NCBI GenBank assembly: GCA_903862465.1
Contig: CAIOYH010000124.1
Coordinates: forward strand, 1-61,795
Direction of reading: 5' to 3'
DNA length: 61,795 nucleotides
Source: an uncultured bacterium
GTDB taxonomy: Bacteria; Bacteroidota; Bacteroidia; Bacteroidales; CAIWKO01
Shown here one piece after another: positions 9,301-21,300 of this stretch. The translations under genes and the position numbers were made by a program. The notes below the pieces were generated by a model, which was not told the origin of the DNA, did not search any database, and was given only the letters and a program-made list of their open reading frames with translations. Position 1 is the stretch's first letter, and each line of letters begins with the position of its first letter.

Positions 9301-12300
9301 ACACAAGCTGCGTTTGAAGTCATTATACAATACACACTTTCGGATGCCCCATTGTATTGAAAAGAAGCCGAATGTTCCGATTGCGGGACACCGCCAACAT
9401 ACCAATTATACATAGGAGCCAAACCTCCATTCGTTGGAGTTGCAGTAAAAGTAATATTGTCATTCTGGCATACTGAAGTGAATGGGGTTGAGATGCTTAC
9501 TCCAACAACAAGTGCGGCAGGTGCTGTAATGATTACATTCCCTGAGGAAGTTAATCCATCAACATCTGTAACAGTAACAGAGTAGCTTCCTGCAACTGCT
9601 GCAATTGAATTGACATTATATCCATTACTCCATAAATATGAATAAGGTGCTTGACCTCCCGAAGACACAGTTACTGTGGCAACTCCATCAGCAGAACTAT
9701 GGCATAAAGCAGGAGTTGTGGTAAAAGCCAAATTTAAGTTTGCTCCAATATCCAGACTGAATTCGTTATCTGTTATATTGTATTCCATAGGATTTCCGTC
9801 ACTGATTCGTCCAATTAAAGTAGTTCTTGTATCAACAACGGTCCAAGGGATTGAAATGGGAATACTTTCGTCAACATCAAGCGAGATGAATTGCTGTCCA
9901 ACCAATACTTCATTGCCTTGGTTATCTAAATAATATACTCTATAGGTGGCATCACAAATTTCATAACCAATATTTTGGATAGTAGCATCAATAGATATTT
10001 GAGCACCATCAGGGGGAAGGCTATTGCTTACGCTATGAGCAATAAAAACTAAATTGGGTGCTTTGCCTACTATTACTGCACGAGTTGCTTCGTTATTCAG
10101 TTCGTCATTTTCCGAAATTTGGTTATCGTGATCAATAAAAGTTCTAATGATATGAATACCACGGATATTTGAAGACCAAGGAGTAACTAAATGAATCGTA
10201 TTGAATGTTCCTTGCATTAATCCCGGAACAATTTGTTCCTCTAATGGAGTATTGTCCACCTGAGTAAATAGTTTGATATCTTGAGTGCTCGACATACCAA
10301 TATTCTCATACGTAATATCAATATCAATTGGCACATTCAAATCAGGATTCAATAAAGAAGGCGCAATATACTGCGACAAAACCCTATACTCCGGCTTGTC
10401 GCTAACCAAAACTTCAACAATAAGTTCATTATTAAAATCATCACATTCGATATAGGCATTATGAGGATCTGCTATCATCTTCACCTGATAGGTGCCGTTA
10501 CTTTGAAATGCATATTGCGGAGCGCCTTCTAATCTAAATGGACAGCTACAGACCGTGGTGCCGCAAAAGGTTTGTGCTGTAGCATCCGGCAAAGCTCCCC
10601 ATGCAGGGTAGATACCTCCCACCTTAGGACCTCTTACATAAAAATGAACATCTAAATTTGAGGCTTTATATATACCTAAATTATTTACACCAACATCTAA
10701 TGTAACAGGTGTGTTTTTTATTTGAGTATAATTCCAAAAGGCTCCATTTCCGCAAAGATCCGTTAAATAGAAATCCCAACACAACGAAGCTGTTGCAACA
10801 TTGTTGAATTCGTTTGATTCATCAATGTCACCTTGAGGATCGACTGGATCAATAGTAACAGTTAAAACTTTATTACCAAAAGCAGGAGTAGGAACTGTAA
10901 TTTGAATTTGTCGAGATTGACCGATTAATAAGCCAAGCTGATTGGAAATAGTAGGATTTCCATCCACCATGAATTCTACATCAAATGGTCCTGAATCTTC
11001 TAAACCAATGTTCGCTACTGTTGCAGAAATAATAATATCTCCTGCTGGAGGACCACCCACAATAGGATCAACAGGATTAACTATTAAATTAGAGCAACCA
11101 TAAACTGTTAAGTCTGGTTTACATGCAATCAATGTCGTGGTAACGGTTACAGCATTGTTTAATTCGCTAATCTCAGCAACCACTCCCCCAAGTGGTAATG
11201 GAGGTAAACAATCAGCATGAAATTCAAAAGAATAATTTCCAGGATCATGATGTTGGTTCCAAGGGAAAGTTACGGAAGTGCACGTAAGTGCAGGTATATT
11301 ATTAACCAAGACATTTGGCAAGTGTATAACTGCCCCACCAAGAGGAGTAATATCTAAACTACAAGCGAAATTACCTCCAACAGGACCAGTAGCAACCCCA
11401 CCTTGATTATCAAGCCAAAATGTGATACTGTTGAATTGACATTCATAATATGGACTTCCAAGATTTCCGGAAGCTATAATATCAGGTAGAGTGGGATGAA
11501 CCATTATGCACACGGAGTTGTTATTATTTCCTTCGGAACATTCATCTATTTCACTATCAAAATCCACTGTTGTAGAAAAGTACGTTCCACCTAAATTAAT
11601 AAAGGTCATGGCAGGTATGATTATATTAAACGAAGCCCCAGGTGCCAAAGCGGGAATAGGATAATTACCGCTAGGATTTGGATTACCATCGGGAGATTGT
11701 ATATGCAATTCAGATGCCAAACTAGCTCCAAGACCTTGATTCGTTACGGTTACTGAGCCTGCTAATGCTTGCCCTTGCAGAATATTTATGCAATTGTTCC
11801 CATGGCAATTTCCGGGAGTAACCGTTTGAGTTCCTAAATCTATAGTAGCAACTAAATCCGGTAGCAAGCAAGGAGGTGGTGCAATAATTTCAAAAGAAGT
11901 AGAAACATCCCCATCCAACGTAAAATCTGTAATATGCACATTCACATGATAAATTCCAACTGGAAAGGGTGCATAAATACCGAAACAATAATTACCTAAG
12001 GAATTGGAATAGGTACTTCCTGTTTGTCCGGTTTCTACAACAGTGTAAGTTACCGTTGCTCCAGCGCAAGAAGGATCCAACAGCACAACAGAAGTACCTA
12101 CATACCACGCACTGCCGCATACATTAATCGTAGAGTTAGAATATGCAACAGGAGGTGTAGCAGTAGCTGTGATTTCTATATGTCCTGGTAAAACAAAATT
12201 CCCATTAATAAACGGACGAATCGCTTGATTGTCCAATTCATTAGGCTCTACTAAAGCATTGTTACAGTCAATTATTACCTGCATCGGACACCACGCCGGT

Positions 12301-15300
12301 TGGTCTGGAGTTTGAATGTCCCAGGAAACTGTTGTTGAACTATACGCCGCTATTTGAGCAATAGGTTTAGGATCCGGAAGAATAACAACATCTGGAGCAA
12401 ATTGATTTACCAGGCGAACTTCAAAATTATTTGCAGGGCTTCCTGAATAGTTATGAATAACGGCACTAACTGTGATATGGTCACCGGGGTTAGGATGCGA
12501 GTTGGAGAACGTTATATCATTTGCAAAGATGGAAACATCAGCTGCTGTAAGCACGTCAGGTTCTGCTTCCGGTCCTAATACCACCGAGAAGTTACCATCA
12601 TCAACTGCTGTTATGGAAGTTTTCCACTGGTTCGACTCAGGAAGAGAGGAAGCTATATAGTAATAATCTTTCCCATTTGAGACATCTACATCTAGCGGAT
12701 CTATCTCCATCATAAAATATAATCTATCGTTCGCATCTGAAGTTGCTGGATTTCCATCAAAATCTAGTTTAAGTCGGGGATAGGTTGCTGCCGGTAAATC
12801 ACCATCTGCGTCTGTATATCGAACTTCAAAACGATACTCATCATTAGGAGTGCCATTTGCTGGACTTACTACATGATTCACAAATCCAATATTATTGGTA
12901 TAGTTTAAGGTTGGAGGATGATTGAGTGGCGGGTCAATTGCTTTTTCGGGCGAACAGTCTGAGGTATTACAGCTACCTTCTGCTCGTACATAATAAGTTG
13001 TGTTTGTTACCGGATTAACATTAATGGAAGTTCCTACATCCACAAATACCCCTATTTCTCCACACGCACCGAAATACCATTTATAGGAAGCTCCTGTGCC
13101 AAGAGATCCACCGACAACGGTAAGAGTTGTAGGAACACCTATCCACACAGATGCTGTTCCGCTGATAGATATAGGAGCTATAGACAATGTATTTACTGTT
13201 ACTGTTGCGCTAGCACAAGAAGAAGTATTACACGTTCCTTCTGCACGAACATAATACGTGGTATTAACTGCGGGATTAACATCAATTGTTGCTCCTGTTT
13301 CTACAAATGTGCCACCACAGCTTCCTGAATACCAATGCCAAGAAGCATCCGTTCCAAGTGAGCCTCCTACAATTGAAAGTGTTGTATGTTCGCCTGCACA
13401 AATTGTAGTGGTGCCGCCAAACGAGGTTGGAGCAACAGATATCTCGTTTACTGTAATGTCAACATTTGCGCATGCTGTGGTGTTACAAGCATTTTCTGCT
13501 CTTATGTAATATGTTCTGGAACTTGATGGACTCAGCGTAGCAGATGGTCCAATAGCTACTAGTGCGCCTCCACAATTGGTTTCATACCAATGCCAAGAAG
13601 CCCCTGCTCCGAGGCTGCCATCAGCAACCGAGAGCATAGTGGAAGTTCCGTTACATATAACAGCCGTTCCGTTAATACTGGTTGGAACAGTGGAGGGAGT
13701 GTGTATTGTAGCAGTTACATCTAATAGATTGCTACTTTCGCAACCATCCACAGTTTGACTTGCATAATAATGTGTGCCACTGACCAAAGCACTGCTTCCT
13801 ACTAATAGATTTCCTGCACTTGAAGCATCATACCATTTTACATCGGTGCCGATTGCTGCTAAACTTGCAACAGTAGGCGATGCTGTTGAACAGAACGATT
13901 GAGCTGCCGTTCCCGTTGGAGCGGCTGTTGTGTTTACAGTGGCTGTTACCCCTAATCTGTCTGAACTTTCGCAACTATATAGAGTCTGGCTTGCATAATA
14001 CCGAGTGCCATGCACTAAAACTGTAGAAGTGGCTAATGCACTTCCTCCGCTTTCATAAGCATACCATTGAATTGTGGTTCCCGTTGCTGCTAAATTAGCG
14101 ACGGTAGCACCTGAACAAAATGTTTGTGCTGCAATTCCTGTTGGAGCATCCGGTGTTATATTAACCGTAGCAGCCACTGTTAACCTTGTTGAACTTTCGC
14201 AACCGGCTACAGTTTGCGTTGCATAATAATTGCTTCCGGAATATAATGGAAATGTGCCCGAACATGTTGATTGACCGAATGGAGTAGAATACCATTTGAT
14301 ATTACTACCTGATACCACTAAATCTGCTACCTTAGGAGAATTCCCTGAGCAGAAAGATTGAGGTGATGAACCTGTTGGAGCATCAGGAGTGGAATTAACT
14401 ACAAACGCTCCCGAAATCAAACTCGTTTGTGGACTGCCGCAATCGCCTGTAACGACACAATAATAATATAAGGTGCCTATATCAATTGCTTGTGGTGTAT
14501 AACTATTTGTTTGTGCTCCATTTTCATAATCAAGTGATGTTCCTCCGCTATTGCTTTCAATGGTATTACTATACCATTGATACGACAAATTCGTTCCGGT
14601 GGCAATTACGCTAATTGCAGAACAAGTTTCTCCAACGCAGTATGAATGTGATGCGGTTGATTGGTTGGTTATTGAAGTTACAGGATTCACAATAAATGCC
14701 CCCGAAACCTCGCTGACAACTGTTCCACAGGAACCTGTAACACCACAATAATAATATAAGGTACCTTCTGTGGTGGCTTCCGGAGTATAACTTTCTGTTT
14801 GTGCTCCGTTATCTGAACCCAAAGAGATTCCTCCGCTATTACTTGCCACAGTATTTTTATACCATTGATACGTTAAGGTGCCGGTTCCGCTTGCTGTAAC
14901 ACTTATAGGTGTAAAGGTTCCATTGATGCATTGCGTTTGCGTGGCTGTTGATTGGCTACTTATGTATATTGTACATTGTTTTAAAACCGATACTGTGCTA
15001 CTGAATCTATCAGCTACCGTCAAATCTGGTTTTCCATCCCCATCTATATCTCCAATACAAACTGAATAAGGATAAGTGCCTGTAGTAAAATCCGCTTTGC
15101 TTGCAAAACTAACTGAACCTGAAGTGGAGGTGTTTCGTAATATAGAAACAGTGTTACTACCAGAATTAGGGACAGCCAAATCTGGTTTTCCATCCCCATC
15201 TATATCTCCTATACAAACTGTATAAGGAGTAGAGCCTGTTGTAAAATCTACTTTACTCGCAAAACTGACTGAACCAGAAGATGATGTGTTACGTAATACA

Positions 15301-18300
15301 GATAGCGTATTGCTGGAAATGTTTGGCACAGCCAAATCTGGTTTGCCATCCCCATCTATATCTCCAATTCTTAACGTTCCGGGTCCAATACCAGTTGTGA
15401 AATCAACTTTTGCAGATAAACTAATTGCACCTAAGGTGGAAGTGTTGCGAAATACCGATACCGTATTGCTGCTATAATTATTAACCGCCAAATCTGGTTT
15501 GCCATCTCCATCTATATCACCGATACTTGCTGAAAACGGAACGGAGCCTGTCGTGAAATCTATTTTAGTTGCAAAACTAATTGTTCCTAGAGAGGAAGTA
15601 TTACATAAAACAGATACAGTGTTACTTCCGGTATTAGCTACAACCAAATCGGGTTTACCGTCACCATTTAGGTCACCAATATTTATTGTTTCAGGCAAGC
15701 TGCCAGTTGTAAAATCTACATTAGTTGCAAAACTAATACTTCCAGGAGTGGATGTATTGAGATAAACAGATACTTTGCTACTATTATTAATAGCAACCGC
15801 CAAATCGGGTTTGCCATCGCCATCTAAATCTCCAATACTTACAGAAGAAGGACCTGAACCCGTTGTAAAATTTACGTTGTAGGCAAAACTAAGATTCCCT
15901 GAAATGGACATGTTGCGAAATACCCATATCATATTGTTACCATAATTAGCTACCACCAAATCAGATTTTCCATCACCATCTATATCTCCAATACTCACTG
16001 AAGGATCATAGCCTCCTGTAGAAAATTGTTCTTTTGCAAAAGCAATATTTCCTGCTAAAGTAACAATAAATGGGCTTGCCGAATATGCCGTTAAATTCAA
16101 TGCCAAATTGGTAACAGAGATATATTGATAGGTAACTCCCACAGGTACCGTTACTGTTAAACTAGTAGAGGTAGCTTCCGTCACCATGGCTTGAGTTGCG
16201 CCAAAGAACACAATGTTTTGTGCGACTGTAGTATTAAAATTAGTACCCGTAATGGTAACACTACTCCCAATAGCACCACTAGCGGGGGTGAAGTAGGTGA
16301 TGGTAGGGGGTGGAGGATTTACAAAAAATGCACCTGAAATAGCACTTGTAACATCAGCACCACAATCACTATGAACAACGCAGTAGTAATATAGCGTACC
16401 GATGGTTGTAGCTAGAGGCGTGTAGGTGTTTGAATTTGTTCCTATAACAATTCCTCCCGAGGTATTTGCAGATGTATTGCTGAACCATTGATAACTTAAC
16501 GTCCCCGAGCCGTTAGCAGCTATGCTTATAGATGTAAATGTACCATTGATGTATTGTGTTTGGGTGGCTGTGGATTGACTAGTAATAGTTGTGGCTGGAT
16601 TCACAACAAATGCACCTGATACAGTACTTGTTGCTGTTCCGCAAGAGCCCGTTACCATACAATAATAAAATAATGTTCCGGCAACAGTCGTTGATGGGGT
16701 GTAGGTATTGGAGTTTGCTCCAACAGCAGTTCCGCCTGAAGTACTTGCCACAGTATTTTTATACCATTGATACGTTAAAGTGCCGATTCCGCTTGCTGTA
16801 ACACTTATAGGCGTAAAGGTTCCATGAATGCATTGTGTTTGTCCTTCTGTTGATTGGCTACCGATACTAGTAACAGCATTAACGGCTACACTCACAGTAT
16901 TGCTTGATGCACATCCGGTACTAGTAGCGGTAGAGGTTACTGTATAAGTTGTATTTGCCACCGGTAAGGCATATACCGTAGTAGTAGAACTGCCAATATA
17001 AGGTAAAGTAGCACCAACATTAGTGAATAAACCTGTTTGTGGTGACCATGTGGTTTGAGCAGGACCAATTCCAGTAATACTTACATTATCAATACCCCAA
17101 AAAAACCTCCAAACTCCATCATATTTAAAGCGAATATATACAATAGATTGATTTAGAAATGGAGCTGTTAAAGCAATATTTGCATTAACGAAATCACTTA
17201 CTGCACCTTGAGTAGAGTTGTAGGTTTGCAAAGAAGTCCATGTTGTACCACTTAATGAAACTTCAACCTTTCCGGTAGAGGAAGCTGTTGTAGGTTCGTA
17301 AAAATAATGCCAAAAACTTATATTCACCTGCGTGAACCCAACTGTGCTAATTGATGGAGATTGTAGTATGGTTGCAGTAGTACCGCCAGTACCTTGTACA
17401 TCACTATTTGACATGTAAAATTTTGAATTATCATTACTATGCCAAGTTCCATAAGTAGTATAAACATAAGCATCCGGTTCTAATGTCCATGCTGCTAATG
17501 CGGGAGTTCCATTTGTTGAATTATTAAGTTTTGTCCAATTATTAGTTCCACCATTAAAGGTTTCACTTAATATTGTTACTCCACTAATTGTTCCTCCGCT
17601 TGCCGTTAATAATTGAGTATTACCACCCGGACAAACTGTTGCACTTGAAGGAGTAACAGTAATTGCCGAAGGCGTTTGATTAACAACAACACTAATAGAA
17701 CTTACTAAAGAAACACATCCATCTAAGATAGCCGAAATTGAATAGGTGCCACTTGCAGCAATTGTTGCAGCAGGAATCGTTGGGCTTAGACTTGATGATG
17801 TAAATCCGTCAGGTCCTGTCCAACTAAATGTACTGCCAATATCATTTGTACCTATAAGATTTAATGTCGAACCCGCACATATCGGCGAATTGCTTGAAGC
17901 ACTTATTGTCGGGACAGGCTTTACCGTTAGTGCCGCTGCATCACTCGTCACAGGCAATCCACAATCAGCACTCATTACTACGGAGTAATCACCCGCATCT
18001 AATGCTGTTACATTATTTAATGTCAGAGATGCTGTGGCAGCACTTGGATTTGCTATCGGGTCAATAGGAATAGTATTTTTCTGCCAAGTATAAATCAAAT
18101 TTGGTCCACTTGCGGCAACAATAAATGTTGCAGTTTGTCCCAGACATTTTATAGCAGGAGCAGGTTGTGTTATAATGCTTGCTTCCAAAACAGCGGCAAC
18201 TGTTGTGCTAGCTGTAGCCACACATCCATAATCGTTTTGTGCTGTAACGGTGTACTCGGTATTTACAATTTGAGACACATTGGTGGGATTTTGCTCGGAT

Positions 18301-21300
18301 GAAGTAAATCCGGTAGGGCTTGATGTCCATGAAAAGGAACATGGATTCAATTCACCTCCTGTTATGGAAATATCATCAACAACTAATGTATGCATGTTAG
18401 CAGCAGAGTAACAATTCCAAGCAAAATAATACATACTGGTCGTCATAGGTGTGAAAGTGGGATTAGCTTGTAACCAAGAAGTATTTACAATCCCAGCACC
18501 TGTCCATAATATTGTTGTTTGAGCTGCAACCGTGGGTGCATTTCCAACTGTAACTTTAAGGTTTTCCGGATAAGAAGTTCCGAAAGGAAGAACATACCAA
18601 AAAGAAATAGTATATGTAATGCCTGCGTTTAAGTTAAAGCCTTGTGTTATTCCCCAGCAATTTGCAGCATTATTCAAATTAAACGTCAAACTCATTGATT
18701 TTGTACCACTATGGTAATTTGATGTGTTGGAAGCCCACTGATTACCCAAGCCTGCATTTATAAAAGTCCAGTTTGCTGGGGGCCACGTTTCAAAACCTTC
18801 AGAATAATTAACCAAAGATCCAGCGTTCGATGATGAATTCAAGTTAAAAGACCCTCCAACACATACTGTTGGCATACTTGCAGTGGCTGTTACATTTGTT
18901 GGTATTGGATTAACAACAACGCTCACTGTAGCCGTTGATGCACATCCACCATAAGGACCTCCGGTATAATCATTTGCAGATACGGTATAAACTGTGGTTG
19001 CAATTGGTGAGGCAGTAACAACAGCACCCGAAGAAGGTGTAGTTGTCGGTGACCATGTGTACGTATAATCCGGGTTGCTACTTGTTGCTGTTAATGTTGA
19101 AGATGTCCCTTGGCAAATTGTAGTAGGGTTGGCGGTTGCACTTAAAGTAGGTGCTGTATTTACGGTTGCTGTAACGGCACTACGCGGATTGGAACAAACG
19201 CTTTGACCTGCAAATATCATATTTGGTCTTGCAGTAGATATTGTTGCAGAAGTAGAAAGTGGACACTGTGCACTATTATCAGCCACTAAGTATGCAACAC
19301 TATTAAAAGCAGTTGTTGTTCTATTCATGACAGCATTAGCAGTATAAAAAATACCTGAGCTTGTTGCATCATTTGTAAAGCAAACTTCCACAATAATATT
19401 TGAACTACCATCCCAATAAAAAGGATTAGAAAAAGTATGCGTATTTAAACCGGCAATAGGCTGATAATTTACCGGACCAAATACTGTGGTAAATCCGGTA
19501 GTTTGTAAAGTTGCCGTAAGTATATTTAATGGAGTATTTGCTATGCTAATTGTAAATGCTTTATGTACACCTGAAGTTCCAAGACTAGCCACATCAAATT
19601 TTAAAGAAGATAAATTGCCAGCACTTAAACCAGCAGCCGATAATTCCGAACCCAAAATCAAAATATGATGTTTGCCATTTTCATCCCAATTACCATAAGG
19701 GGCAGGATAGGTTTGGGTGGTATTTTGATTTGTTGTGCTTGTTCCAATAGTGGCATTCACTTGAACACCTGTTTCTGCTGCTACATAATAGGTTGTTGTT
19801 GCATTTATTATTGGTGTGGTCCAAGGTGAGCCTGAGACGGGCAAAGGAACACCACCTGTTGCAGCAGTGTACCAATTTAACGTTCCACCTGATCCTATGG
19901 CACTAAGAGATACGGTACCTATTCCGCATCGTGAGCCTGGAGTGGTTGAAGTAATGTTATTGTTAAAGGTTATATGAATTGGGGTTGAAGTGGCGGATGT
20001 AGGTCCATTCAAACATGTAACAATACATTGATAATAAAGTGGTGCATCGGGCACTACCGTATAAATGGATGATGTTGCATCAGATATATTGCTATATGCT
20101 ATCCCATCTGTTGACGATTGCCATTGATATGAAACTCCTAATCCAGTTGTAGCATTTTGCAATGAAAGAGTAATACTTTGTCCATTGCATAGTGGATTAG
20201 CTGTTGATAGCGTGTTGCCCGGTGTTGGCGTGGCGGAACACGGCGGTTGTGGTTGCATCACCAATTGAATATTTGGACGATTATATGTTCTACTTGTTGC
20301 AGTTGGCGGTGATGCAGGATTGGGATTGGTAGTGTTGTTATAATGATATAAAGTGCGGTAATTAGCTGATGTTGAAGTATATCTCCATGATGCAGCAGTC
20401 CCGACACCTGCCACGTTCTCATCTATAGCAACCACCAAGTTTGTCCCATCCCATATATAGGGTGTGGTTAATGTTATGGTCATCCATCCGGCAGCACCCG
20501 GTAAAGCGACGGCTCCATCGTAGCACGATGTTAATGAAGCTAAAGGAACCCAACTGGTGGTTGATGCAAAAGTTGCCGTTGCAGTGTTGCATAAATAAAC
20601 AACCCAAGAGTTAGTATTCGTTAAATTACCTGATCCAGCCCAATAAAACCTAATAGTTGTTATTTGCATACCTGCTACTCCTCCACCTGCAGAAATTTCT
20701 GATGCGGTATAAATTTGCTGCGTATAATTATAAGCGTACGCGCTATAAACCGGATTGTTCGCGGTTGTGGTTGTTGCAGTGCCGATGGTAACTGTAGGAT
20801 TAGCACTAAAAGTTGTAAAAGTTCCTTGTGTGGTATATACCGTACCACCACTATTAGTAGAAAAAGCCTTAAAATAATAAACTGTGGATGTTGTTAAACC
20901 GGTAACAGGTATAGTAAAACTTCCTGTTGAATAAGGACCCGGAGTTACAGATACTTTTGTTCCGGCTCCATCGGCAAATCCGTTTGTAGTGCTCCAATAG
21001 ATACCTCTTTCCGTAACCGGTGAGCACCCGGTGGCTGTAATATTACCTCCTAAAGTTGCTGTGGTCATTCCTATGCCTTGACTTGTGGGTGTAGTGATTG
21101 TTAGTGCAGGATTGATACCGGCTCCGGTAACGGAACGATTTACAGAAGCTGCTCCACCTCCACCAACGACAATATTACCACTATAGGATTGTACAGCAGT
21201 TGGCGAAAACTTTACATATACTATTTGTGAGAATGCACCGCCTGTTTGGGGTATAGTCAAACTAGAAGAATAGGTTGTGTTATCGATAGAATATGTAAAA

